From Elainellaceae cyanobacterium (GTDB lineage: Bacteria > Cyanobacteriota > Cyanobacteriia > CAZCXK01): a DNA stretch of 56,164 nt. The notes beneath the pieces were generated by a model. It did not search any database, was not told the DNA's origin, and worked only from the letters and a program-made list of their open reading frames with translations. Positions 36,523 to 46,520 of this stretch are shown piece by piece (within the stretch, counting starts at the first letter, position 1; the number at the start of each line of letters is the position of its first letter). The stretch covers positions 1 to 56,164 of the forward strand of contig JBNPEG010000062.1 of NCBI GenBank assembly GCA_051117555.1, read 5' to 3'. Position numbers and translations under genes: made by a program.

Positions 36523-39500
36523 CTATTCCACCACGCGTAAGGTAGAAGACGCCGATCGCCCAAACTCTTCAGGAGCATATTCTAGGTGCGCTTCGGCTCC
36601 GGGATAGTGGTAGGTGCCGGGCGTCACCGATCGCACGAGGTAATGGAGACTATACACACCCGGATCGAGGCGATCGCCATAGGCCACGATGCGATCCTTA
36701 TAAATCGTTTGATAGCCGACTTGCCAACTATCACTGCGGGCTTGGAAGTAGGGATTAGCAGTTTGAAAGCTTTCATCCACGGCTTCAAATCCGGCGGGGA
36801 GGGGGTCGGTGATGACGACATGATCGACAGAATGATCGGTGATGATTTCTAGCCCAACGTCATAAACCTGACCCGGCGGCACCGACAGCGGGTCGTCTAC
36901 CACATAGAGGTCATACTCTTGAAGGACATCATCCTGATTCGCGGGGCGAATGGTGCGCGTCACCCGCAAGCCGCTCAGCCGTCCGGGCTGGTCGCCTTCG
37001 AGCCGATAGCGATAGGCTGCTAGATAGTGCAGCAAGCCATCACCTGTTTTTTGCAGGGAGAGCAGATTACGCCCGCGCTGGAGGTCTGCCATGGGGATGC
37101 TCTCGGCAGCGCTGGGGTTGCTGTAGCCCTCAAACTCAGTCGAGAGAAGGGTTTGGCCATTCAGTTGAGCGGTAGCAGAAAAGTCAGGTGGGGTGGGCTG
37201 CAACTGGCTGTAGTTGACCAGTGCCAGCAGTGCTTCAGCATTGTCGTAGGTGCTGTCCCAAACGCCATCTCGCCGCTGATCGAGCAAGCCACGCACCAGG
37301 CGATCGATCAGTTCGGGATTGCTGTCGCGGGCAATGAAGAGGCGCAGCGCCTGTGCCTGCACTGCTGTCGGAGAGCTGAGCCACTGCCAGGTGCGGGGCA
37401 AGTTGACTGTCGCGCTGCGGCTGGTTTGATAGACAATTTCTTGCAGGTCGTTTGCCAGTTCGTTGGCTTGAGATTGCCAATCGGGGAGCTGAGCTAGATG
37501 TCGCGCCAGCTTGATTTGCGTCACCGGGTCAAACTGCGATCGCTGCGCATAGATATCGGCAACAAAAGAATTGCGCACATCGCCAAAGGCAGCCAGGGCA
37601 GTCAAAGCCCGGAGGCGCACCTGATTTTGGCAAAGCTGTTGGGTGCAGTAGTCATATTGGCTGGGGTTTGCCAGAATGTCTTGCAAATAGCTCCGCAATT
37701 GGCTCACCCTCTCTGCATCCGGAGCAGCAGCCGTGCCAGAGAAGGCATCAACAGCGCGGGCGATCGCCTCAGCCGCATAGGGCGTGACGTAAGGGTCAGA
37801 GCGCTCCTGCCCAGGGTAGGAGGCAAATCCACCATCGGGACGCTGTAGCTCACTCAGTCGGCTGAGGGCTTGAGTGGCTTGCCGGGTCGGCTCAAACTCG
37901 GCAAAGCTCTGACCTAGGGTTTGCAATAGAGAGTGCAGGCTAGTGGCGATCGCCAACTGACTGGCGGCAGGTTCTAAAAAGGGAAGCTGTTCCTGGTTGA
38001 GGACTTGCTGAGCCGGGGCGTTGATTTCAGGAATCAGGGTGCTGGCAAGTGTCAGGTCGATGCCGCCCGTGTCTTGCGGCACGTTCTCGGTGACGTTGAA
38101 GAGAATTTGGGCTTGGCTGGCGGTGACGCCCGTTTCTACCACCTGTTCGGTAATCTGGTTGGTGCGAATTTCGAGAGGAAACTCAAACGCATCCGAGAAT
38201 CCGTCGAGCTGGCTGGTGAACTGGATCGTGCCTTCATCCGACCCTGTTACCACCATCGGAAAGCGGTAGGCTTGGGTGCCCGATTCGACTCGAGTTTCCA
38301 GACTGGCGGAGGCATCATCTGCCAGTTGCAGCGCACCGCCGACCGTGCCGGTGATGTCGAGGGTGCCCGATTCACCCGTGTTGTTTGTGACAGAAAGCCC
38401 CGCCTCGATGCGATCGCCTGGACGGGCAAACTGCGGCAGAATCGGATTCGTCACTAGTGGCTTGGTGGAAATGAATGTCGTATCGGTGCTGTTGGCAAAG
38501 CGCAAATTGCCATCGGTGGCGATCGCCATGACTCGCCAGGTAGTGAGGTCATCTGGCAGGGTGAAGTTTACCGACGCGCGACCATTAGCGTCGGTGAGCA
38601 CCGAGCCGTTATAGTAGGCGATCGCCTTAAACTCGGTGCGAATGCGGGTGTCGCCTGCGCCGCTAGAAAGTCCGCCGCCATATCCCCAGCCTTTTTCCAA
38701 CGGAGATGAGAGGGGAGTCAAGACGACTTCGGGGCGATTATCGGCAAAGCGCACCGAAATCGGCTGTTCCGCATAGACCGTCTCGACCAAATTGGGGATG
38801 CGATAGCCGCTCAGTTGCAACACGGCTTCATTCACTGCCATGACAGTGATTTGTCCCTGAACAGGCTGTTCCCCCCCATTCGTCAAGCTGAAAGTCACGG
38901 TCTGCTCGCCTGCGGGTTCTAACGATTCCTCTGCCAAATCGACCTGAAGATCTAAATACGTGCTGTCCAGGCTCGTGCCAAAGGGCGCAAAGCCGATGCG
39001 AGCCAGGTCTTCCACAGTTCCTACTTCAACCTGAGATAGGGGTTCGCCCTTGCGTACCAGCACTGCTTCTACGGCGGCATTCGGCAGCATGTCAGACGTG
39101 ACTTCAAACTGAATCTGAGGCGCGCCCCCCTGTACGGTCGTTACAGTCTGGTAAATGGTGTCGTGCCGCACGATGGCAAAGTAAAGCTCGGCCTCCTCGT
39201 AGGGCGACTGGATTAACACCGTCGCTGTTTCACCCAGCTTATAGGTGTCTTTGTTGAGCTGAAGCTCAAGGCGGTCGTTGGTGTAGCGTCCTCCCCAGTA
39301 AACAGGCGTATTCCCTGTCACCCAAATCTGTGTATCGGTGGCAGTCACCTCATCATCAGCGTTAGCGAAGTTGGCGCGAATACGATACGACCCCGATTCG
39401 CTGGGCGTCAGCGTCACCGACTGGGGGTCATCCCCCGATCGCACGGTGGCCTCAGCGACGGTTTCATACTCCACCTGATTGCGGGCGGTGGAGCTACCAG

Positions 39501-42282
39501 CAATCACCTGAGTGATGCCGCTGTAGTTCATTTTCTGGAGTTCGATCCGCACCTGCTGCCCCGACACCGCATTACCGTCGGGGTCACTGACAATAATCTG
39601 GATGGGAAAATCTTCATCGACCTCCGCGACAAAATCACTTTGGAGACCAATCAGGCGATCGCTCGGCAATGCCGTAAAGGTCTGCGACGCCGTCACCGAT
39701 AGATTTGACACGTCCGACACCTCAGCATCCACGCGATAGGTCATCGGATAGGGCAAATCATCGGCGACTTCAACCGTCACCTCACCGCTGCCGTCGTCAC
39801 TGAGAGATTCGCTCCGCTGCAATACATCGCTGGATACAGAGGGAGCCTCGTCCGGCCAAAACCACTGCCGCCCAAAGGAGAATTGATTCCAAGCCTCTGG
39901 GGTGAACTGGGTTTGCTGGCGCGTGACATAGTAGCTGACGTCGCCTTCCTCCACGGGGGGTTCAAATAAATAGTTGCTCTGTGCCGATGCGGTGATCTCG
40001 TCTCCCGACATGGCAAATTGCTGATCGAGCGTCAGGTCGACTTTGAAGTTGGGCGGCTTGAACTCGGCGATGCGAAACTCGCCCGTGATTTCTTTGCCAT
40101 TGTCCGCCTTAGCGCGAATGGTGTAGAAGCCCAGCGGTTGATCAGGGGCGATCGCCCATTCCAGCGAGAAGGTGCCAAATGAGTTAGTTGTTTGAGTCCC
40201 TAGCTCGAGGGTGTTGCCGTTGGGATCATCCAGCGTCACCGTATAGGAAACATTTGGGTCTTGCTGGAGCGTTCCGTTTTGTAGGAAATAGGCGGCTCCG
40301 GTGAAATAAGCCGTCTCGCCCGGCTGGTACAGATTGCGATCGGAGAAAATCGTGCCCCGCGATTCGGGTTGGTTGTTGTTCCAGCCCCCCGTAATGCCGT
40401 AGCCCCACGCGCCACTGTACTGAAAGGTGCGAGCAAATGCCCAATCCTGTCCTTCCCGCGCGATCACGAGCAGATCGGGGGCATCGATAAACTGGGCGTT
40501 GCCGTTCATACACTGACGCAAATCGGATGCTCCCAACGCTAACTGGCCGGATTGATCGGCTTGTCCGGAAAAGCAGGGTGAGGTCGCGGTGCGCGTTTCG
40601 GCATCCAGTCTCGATTCATAAATCTCGATTCGCGCATTCCCAACGCTGGAGCCGTCAGACAAATGCTGCACGCGCACGATGCCCGACTCGGGAAACCACT
40701 GGGCAAACACGCCTAGATTCGTCAATTGCACTAACCCATAGAAAGTCGGTTCGCGCCATTCCTGTCGACCATCTACGGAATACTGTCCAGCACGTGCTTG
40801 GACTCCGTACGCTAGCATGCCCGTGTTACTATTCAGCCTTTCTCGCAGCGGTACGGCAATTTCGGTCGTTTCATTGGCTGGTAGCTGTACTGGAGCCGTC
40901 TGCCAGTTCGCCGGGCCGGGCAACAAATCCGTTGTTTGATTTCGAGGATAGGCCGAATCCGTGTAAACCAAGTCGCCGGGCTGCACGATGCGATAAGCAG
41001 CTTTGTATTGGTTTTCGGGCAAATTCACGGCTGAGAAATTGAGCTGTAGATTTTGCCCCGCCGGGAAAATGTTGAGTCCGTTGGGTGCCCAGAAGTCGCC
41101 TGCCAAATCGCCCGTTTCGTAGCGAACCGTCACAGATTCGCCCAATGTTTGCCCGTATTGGTCTTCGAGCTCAGACCCTAAGGTGATGGTGTAGGCAGTG
41201 GCTGGCTCTAATGCCCATGGGTTTAGGCTAACGAGGCGATCGCCCTCATAGGCTCTTATCAGCGGCGGCGTGTCTTTTGGTGGCGGATCGATCGAAATAT
41301 TCTCTGCGGCAGACTCTGCCACCAGCCCATTGTTGAATGCGAGCTGCGGTCGTCCTTTAACAAAGCGGCCATGGGCTCCGCCCGCGCTTGCTGAATCGAC
41401 GAGTTCTAACTCTTCAAAGCTGAGCGGCCCATAGGTTTCCACTTGACTGGTAAATGCCATCTCACTGGCTAAATTACCCCCCGCCGGCAGAATCCCAGGT
41501 GCAAATTCCAAGGTGTAGCGGGTTGCCTTGGCAAGCTGTCGCTGAGGTGTAATCTGATAAACCCACTGCCGCGCCGACGGGTCAAACTCTTCTTGAGGCG
41601 TATCTCTAACCTCTTGAGAATTTGGGTCAGAATCATCCGCGGATTCAACAGCGAGCCTGACCGACTCTTCGCTGTTGGCAGGAATAAGGCGAACGTGGTC
41701 TCGCAGTGATCTCAGATTGAGTTCGACATTAGAAGTCACCCTCAGGGTTGGCTGCAACTCAATCGGGGGCAATTCCGATTCTGGGAATTCGGACGTTCCT
41801 GGCAAGTTGGTGAGCTGAATGGGTTCTGTGTTGAACGTCCAGACGAAATCTTGATCGAGCTGGTGCTCGTTTAAATCTGCTAAGCCCGCCTTAAGGGTGA
41901 CGCGAAATCGGGTGGCGTTAGGAAGCGCCTGATCGGCTTGAAAACCTACCATGCGCGGAGTTAAAAACCGAAACTGTCCGGGTAAGGGAGGTACCACTTC
42001 AAAGTTTTGCAGAACCTCTCGCGACTCGGGATTGGCTAAATCCTCAACGGGGATCAGCGGATCGGTGAAGCGAATTCGAATTTGTGCAAGTGATTCGGCT
42101 TGCTCAGTTGGGCTGATGTTCTCAATCCAGTCTGGCAAGGTAGGGGTTGGAATCGGCTCGACACTTGGAGGAGGGGCAGATTCTCGCAACTGCACAATGT
42201 TGCATCCTGCGATGAGCAGCGTCATGCTGAAGCCTAGTAGAAAATACGTCCAGGTTTTAGCGATGAGTCGAGAAATCTGCAT
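36523..42282 (-). CDS. Bacterial alpha-2-macroglobulin family lipoprotein
   Basis: Lipobox LIAGC, Ig-like N-terminus, FSDRNLYQPGE, EFKPPNF, LPDDLTTWRVMA, LPQFARPGD, QRPDGGF, DPLPAGFE, YAPEEFGRS. Confidence 0.93.
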   Translation of the reverse strand: MQISRLIAKTWTYFLLGFSMTLLIAGCNIVQLRESAPPPSVEPIPTPTLPDWIENISPTEQAESLAQIRIRFTDPLIPVEDLANPESREVLQNFEVVPPLPGQFRFLTPRMVGFQADQALPNATRFRVTLKAGLADLNEHQLDQDFVWTFNTEPIQLTNLPGTSEFPESELPPIELQPTLRVTSNVELNLRSLRDHVRLIPANSEESVRLAVESADDSDPNSQEVRDTPQEEFDPSARQWVYQITPQRQLAKATRYTLEFAPGILPAGGNLASEMAFTSQVETYGPLSFEELELVDSASAGGAHGRFVKGRPQLAFNNGLVAESAAENISIDPPPKDTPPLIRAYEGDRLVSLNPWALEPATAYTITLGSELEDQYGQTLGESVTVRYETGDLAGDFWAPNGLNIFPAGQNLQLNFSAVNLPENQYKAAYRIVQPGDLVYTDSAYPRNQTTDLLPGPANWQTAPVQLPANETTEIAVPLRERLNSNTGMLAYGVQARAGQYSVDGRQEWREPTFYGLVQLTNLGVFAQWFPESGIVRVQHLSDGSSVGNARIEIYESRLDAETRTATSPCFSGQADQSGQLALGASDLRQCMNGNAQFIDAPDLLVIAREGQDWAFARTFQYSGAWGYGITGGWNNNQPESRGTIFSDRNLYQPGETAYFTGAAYFLQNGTLQQDPNVSYTVTLDDPNGNTLELGTQTTNSFGTFSLEWAIAPDQPLGFYTIRAKADNGKEITGEFRIAEFKPPNFKVDLTLDQQFAMSGDEITASAQSNYLFEPPVEEGDVSYYVTRQQTQFTPEAWNQFSFGRQWFWPDEAPSVSSDVLQRSESLSDDGSGEVTVEVADDLPYPMTYRVDAEVSDVSNLSVTASQTFTALPSDRLIGLQSDFVAEVDEDFPIQIIVSDPDGNAVSGQQVRIELQKMNYSGITQVIAGSSTARNQVEYETVAEATVRSGDDPQSVTLTPSESGSYRIRANFANADDEVTATDTQIWVTGNTPVYWGGRYTNDRLELQLNKDTYKLGETATVLIQSPYEEAELYFAIVRHDTIYQTVTTVQGGAPQIQFEVTSDMLPNAAVEAVLVRKGEPLSQVEVGTVEDLARIGFAPFGTSLDSTYLDLQVDLAEESLEPAGEQTVTFSLTNGGEQPVQGQITVMAVNEAVLQLSGYRIPNLVETVYAEQPISVRFADNRPEVVLTPLSSPLEKGWGYGGGLSSGAGDTRIRTEFKAIAYYNGSVLTDANGRASVNFTLPDDLTTWRVMAIATDGNLRFANSTDTTFISTKPLVTNPILPQFARPGDRIEAGLSVTNNTGESGTLDITGTVGGALQLADDASASLETRVESGTQAYRFPMVVTGSDEGTIQFTSQLDGFSDAFEFPLEIRTNQITEQVVETGVTASQAQILFNVTENVPQDTGGIDLTLASTLIPEINAPAQQVLNQEQLPFLEPAASQLAIATSLHSLLQTLGQSFAEFEPTRQATQALSRLSELQRPDGGFASYPGQERSDPYVTPYAAEAIARAVDAFSGTAAAPDAERVSQLRSYLQDILANPSQYDYCTQQLCQNQVRLRALTALAAFGDVRNSFVADIYAQRSQFDPVTQIKLARHLAQLPDWQSQANELANDLQEIVYQTSRSATVNLPRTWQWLSSPTAVQAQALRLFIARDSNPELIDRLVRGLLDQRRDGVWDSTYDNAEALLALVNYSQLQPTPPDFSATAQLNGQTLLSTEFEGYSNPSAAESIPMADLQRGRNLLSLQKTGDGLLHYLAAYRYRLEGDQPGRLSGLRVTRTIRPANQDDVLQEYDLYVVDDPLSVPPGQVYDVGLEIITDHSVDHVVITDPLPAGFEAVDESFQTANPYFQARSDSWQVGYQTIYKDRIVAYGDRLDPGVYSLHYLVRSVTPGTYHYPGAEAHLEYAPEEFGRSASSTLRVVE

Positions 42283-42472
42283 AATGTTATCTATTTAACA
42301 CGTTCGCCCGCATTATTTGTCATACCGAATCTCGGCTCCTCCATCATGAGATTCCCACAATTCTTAATTCATAGCCTGAGTCAAAATCTATAGTGGGCGA
42401 TCGCCACATTACCCCAATGCAGATTCCCTCTGGCATACTGAAAGTCAAACGCCATTATCTATTTCTGCTGCT

Positions 42473-42862
42473 ATGCTAGGCAACTTTCAGCAAAGTCGAC
42501 TCCGTATTGAAGTCGACGCGTCAGACGATATGATTCGAAAAAGCTTGCTGCGTCCGGAGCAGTTTCGACAGTGGCTATGGCCGCAACAGTTCTCAACCGA
42601 TCTTCCAGACGAATTGAGTGCAGGGCTAATATTCAAAAGTTGGCTAGGTCCAATAACAATTCAGCATCAGGTCGACATCGCAGAAACCATCTGCCTACGA
42701 CTCTTGATGAGCGAAGGCATCGACGGATTTCATGAATGGCACTGGGGCGACGGCTGGATTCAGTCGTGCCTGGAAGGAGTCTCAGTGTTGCCGTTGAACC
42801 TAGGACAAACCGTGAGCTTAATGCGGTTAAGGCAATTTTTAGAGCAGCCGTCTGCTCAGTAA
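42473..42862 (+). CDS. Conserved cyanobacterial hypothetical protein (START/SRPBCC-like)
   Basis: MLGNFQQSRLRIEV...GIDGFHEWHWGDGWIQS. Confidence 0.82.
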   Translation: MLGNFQQSRLRIEVDASDDMIRKSLLRPEQFRQWLWPQQFSTDLPDELSAGLIFKSWLGPITIQHQVDIAETICLRLLMSEGIDGFHEWHWGDGWIQSCLEGVSVLPLNLGQTVSLMRLRQFLEQPSAQ

Positions 42863-42996
42863 AGGGATGAGTAGCGGGATAAATTGGACGAATCTTCAGG
42901 CATCTAATGGGAATGTCCCACGCAAATTTATCCGCAAATTCATCAATATTTATAGTTGGGTCATTTCCAGCAGTAGATTACAGACACGCGAGTCCC

Positions 42997-43085
42997 TATA
43001 GCAATTTGCGATTGCGTCAAGGACAGAGATGGCAGAGTGGGCGCGCCCTACTCTGCCATGCTTAACTCAAGCGCATACCGCTGTA
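42997..43085 (+). mobile_element. MITE-like family C, copy 2
   Basis: TATAGCAATTTGCGATTGCGTCAAGGACAG...GCGCATACCGCTGTA. Confidence 0.75.
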
Positions 43086-43113
43086 ATGTCAAAATAATAG
43101 CCAAGTCTCGATC

Positions 43114-44448
43114 CTAATCTGAGTGCAGTGAATCATCGGACTGCTGGTCCGTTGGCTTTTCGATTCTCAACCTCACCGACTCCGCATGAGATGACAACCC
43201 TTCAGACATTGCCAGCAAATCAATTTCGTTAGCAACCTGATACAGTGCCGTGTGGGAGTACTCGATTAAGCTAGAGTGTTTCATAAACGTCTCAACACCC
43301 AGTGCCGACGCATATCGAGCCGAACCAGATGTAGGCAGCGTATGGTTGGGGCCTGCCAAATAGTCACCAACCGCTTCGGGAGTGGAATATCCTAGGAAAA
43401 TTGCTCCGGCATGGCGGATATGATCTATCAACCCCCATGGATCGGATATCTCAAGCTCAAGATGCTCCGGGGCAAATTCGTTGGATAACTCAGCCGCCGT
43501 CTTCAATGAATCTACGATGACGACAAGACCGTGATGGGCGATCGCCTTTTCGGTTTCAATCCGGCGTGGATGATTGACAAGCTGATTTTGAACTTCGGCC
43601 ACAACTTGGCGGGCTAGTGCAGAATCGGGCGTTAGTAAGATGGCGGCGGCCATCGGATCATGCTCTGCCTGTGCCAGCAAATCGGCAGCAACGTGAACCG
43701 GATTGGCATCAGAATCAGCAATAATTAAGACTTCAGACGGCCCTGCTAGAGAATCGATGCCAACGGTGCCATAAACGAGCTTTTTGGCAAGGGTGACATA
43801 GATGTTGCCGGGGCCTGTAATGACGTCTACTTTAGGGATACTTTCAGTGCCGTAGGCTAACGCGGCGATCGCCTGCGAGCCACCGACTCGATAGATCTCC
43901 TGAATTCCAGCCTCTTGAGCTGCCACCAATACCGCTGGATTGACTGATTTTCCGGAGCCGGGCGGGGTCACCATCACAATGTGAGGAACCTGCGCTACCT
44001 TAGCCGGAATTGCATTCATCAATACCGTACTTGGATATGAAGCTCGACCCCCAGGGACATAAATTCCCGCTCGGTCAACGGGCGTATATCGCTTGCCTAA
44101 AACAATTTCATCATCACCAAAATGCACCCAACTCTTAGGAATGCGCTGACGATGAAACGCTTCAATGTTACGGGATGCGAGCCGAATAGAATCTAATAGC
44201 TCTTTGGAAACCTGCTGATACGCTGCGTCCAATTCTGGACCGCTGACCCTCAGTTCGTCAGGGGTTAAGGTTTGATGGTCAAACTCTTCGGTAAAGTGCA
44301 GGAGAGCTTGATCCCCCTTACGCTTTACGGTCTGGATGACTTCTCGAACCGTTGCCTCTTTGTGAACGACCTGATCGTCATGCGTGCGATCGCAAATTCG
44401 CCGCAGTTCAGTTCGTGCCTCAGCTAGCTGAGTGATAATTCGCAGCAT
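43114..44448 (-). CDS. hisD: Histidinol dehydrogenase
   Basis: YVPGG, GPGNIYV, AGPSEVL, QAEHD, APEHLEL, GPNHTLPT; start taken at MLRIITQ. Confidence 0.96.
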   Translation of the reverse strand: MLRIITQLAEARTELRRICDRTHDDQVVHKEATVREVIQTVKRKGDQALLHFTEEFDHQTLTPDELRVSGPELDAAYQQVSKELLDSIRLASRNIEAFHRQRIPKSWVHFGDDEIVLGKRYTPVDRAGIYVPGGRASYPSTVLMNAIPAKVAQVPHIVMVTPPGSGKSVNPAVLVAAQEAGIQEIYRVGGSQAIAALAYGTESIPKVDVITGPGNIYVTLAKKLVYGTVGIDSLAGPSEVLIIADSDANPVHVAADLLAQAEHDPMAAAILLTPDSALARQVVAEVQNQLVNHPRRIETEKAIAHHGLVVIVDSLKTAAELSNEFAPEHLELEISDPWGLIDHIRHAGAIFLGYSTPEAVGDYLAGPNHTLPTSGSARYASALGVETFMKHSSLIEYSHTALYQVANEIDLLAMSEGLSSHAESVRLRIEKPTDQQSDDSLHSD

Positions 44449-44737
44449 TGCCACATGAAATCTCGGAATGCTAAGCCACAGGATTACGTTACAGTCGAAC
44501 TGGATAAACTTGATTGGAGCACGTCGAGCAGGATCTCTACCCAGTGCTACCAAGTATAAAACTCAAATTTCCTCCGGTCCTCTTCTCTAGGTTAACCTGG
44601 ATTTTTGGTGGATTCCGTATCTTGCTCAGAGATATTGGAAGAGACTGTTGGTAATTTAGCAGGATAATTCGCTACAATAATTAATCCTAGAAGCATTTTT
44701 CATTAAATTCATCCAAGGGATTTATCGGGGATTCACT

Positions 44738-45082
44738 GTGCCAAACATTAAGTCTGCAATCAAGCGTGTTCAAACTACAGAGCGAAACCGCTTACGCAAT
44801 AAGTCCTACAAGACTGCCGTCAAAACGCTGACGAAGCGTTATCTAGCAGCGGTTGAGTCTTATGCAGCTAGCCCAAGTTCAGAATCTATGCAAGACGTGC
44901 AGCAGCGGATGGCTGCTGCTTACAGCAAGATTGACAAAGCTATAAAGCGGGGTGTGCTGCATCCCAATACAGGGAACCGTAAAAAAGCGCGTCTAGCAAA
45001 AGTTCTGAAGATGCATGATGCGCCTGCCGCTCAAACTGCACCGACCGAAACCTCGACTCCGGCAGAGGCAACAGCAGAATAG
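44738..45082 (+). CDS. rpsT: 30S ribosomal protein S20
   Basis: NIKSAIKR...RLRNKSYK...[18 protein letters not shown] start. Confidence 0.97.
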   Translation: MPNIKSAIKRVQTTERNRLRNKSYKTAVKTLTKRYLAAVESYAASPSSESMQDVQQRMAAAYSKIDKAIKRGVLHPNTGNRKKARLAKVLKMHDAPAAQTAPTETSTPAEATAE

Positions 45083-45157
45083 GGTTGACTCACGCCTGAT
45101 TTGGAGCACACTGTCTGCTACAACGATTGAAGGTATTGACGCAATACCAGCGGTTAT

Positions 45158-45982
45158 ATGCAACTCATAGACACCCACGTTCACCTTAATTTTGAGACCT
45201 TTCAATCCGATTTGGATGAGGTGGCTCAGCATTGGCGAGATGTTGGAGTGGTTCATATGGTTCACTCCTGTGTCGAACCCGCTGAATTCTCCGATATTCA
45301 GGCTCTAGCCGATCGATTCTCAGAGTTATCATTTGCCGTTGGGCTGCATCCGTTAGACGTTGACCGTTGGACGGCTGATTTGGCGACCGAAATCCGAACC
45401 CTTGCTCAGTCTGATGAGCGAGTTGTTGCGATTGGTGAAACCGGTTTAGATTTCTTTAAATCTGATAACCATGAGCAGCAGTACTTGGCATTTGAAGATC
45501 AATTGGCGATCGCACGCGATCTAAATCGTCCTGTGATTATTCACTGCCGTGATGCGGCTACGCCAATGGCAAATCGCTTAGAAGAAATTTGGAGCAAGGA
45601 TGGGGCGGTTCGTGGGGTCATGCATTGCTGGAGTGGCACTCCCGAAGAGACTCAGCGGTTTCTGGAGTTAGGGTTTTACATTAGCTTTAGCGGAATTGTG
45701 ACATTCAAGAATGCAACTCAGGTTCACGCATCTGCCCAAATCGTTCCGAGCGATCGCCTGTTAATCGAGACAGACTGCCCATTTCTGGCTCCTGTGCCGA
45801 TGCGAGGAAAAGGACGGAATCAGCCTGCCTATGTTCAATTTGTCGCAGAGAGGCTAGCCGAACTTCGACATGTTTCGTTAGACACCATTGCGCATCAAAC
45901 CAGGGTCAATGCGTGCGAGTTATTCAATTTGCCGCCGCTGACAGGGAGCGCTAGTGACGCCTTAGCCTCTTCGATATCTTGA
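45158..45982 (+). CDS. tatD: TatD family DNase
   Basis: [37 protein letters not shown]. Confidence 0.95.
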   Translation: MQLIDTHVHLNFETFQSDLDEVAQHWRDVGVVHMVHSCVEPAEFSDIQALADRFSELSFAVGLHPLDVDRWTADLATEIRTLAQSDERVVAIGETGLDFFKSDNHEQQYLAFEDQLAIARDLNRPVIIHCRDAATPMANRLEEIWSKDGAVRGVMHCWSGTPEETQRFLELGFYISFSGIVTFKNATQVHASAQIVPSDRLLIETDCPFLAPVPMRGKGRNQPAYVQFVAERLAELRHVSLDTIAHQTRVNACELFNLPPLTGSASDALASSIS

Positions 45983-46452
45983 TTAGCACATTGCTAATTA
46001 GGATGAATAAGCAATGATGTTTCTACGAATCAGCGAATTTACTGAGACAATGTTCCACCATTTTAAAAAAATCGTTAAACTGGTAAGACGCGTGTCAAAT
46101 TTGGATGTCCAGAACAGTAAAATTAGCTTCAGAATCAACTGAGTCCAAGTTGCATCGCCATTAAGCATCTTGAGATGCTTAGTATCTCTGTCGTGGCGTT
46201 GGGTTCTGTTTCCATTGCTTGAGTTCGTATTCCTTAACCTCATTGAGTGACTATACGCTCATATTGCTCTTTTCGGATAGGTGATAACCCCGTTCAGTTA
46301 ATCCTATACTGGAGACTACTCGTTTTTCTATCAAATTGATGAGTTAATAAATCTCGATTGGAACTTACTCGCAATTGCCGACCTGTAAATATTTCTAAAG
46401 ATTTCCGATGTTGCTTCAGTCCTCGTTATTGTATTGGGGTCTGAAGCTTTTG

Positions 46453-46481
46453 TTGACAACCGACAACTTCTACTGTAGTAT
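46453..46481 (+). promoter_or_regulatory. Near-consensus sigma70 promoter of rpoB
   Basis: TTGACA-N17-TAGTAT, 40 nt before the rpoB ATG; SD GAGGAG. Confidence 0.75.
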
Positions 46482-46520
46482 TGGGGGCTCGCCTGGAGCG
46501 TGACCCGTTTGAGGAGACGC

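Noticed and set aside
36586..42298. Many short antisense or overlapping ORFs within A2M, the rpo genes and others
   Set aside because: Shadow ORFs of well-supported genes with no recognisable motifs.
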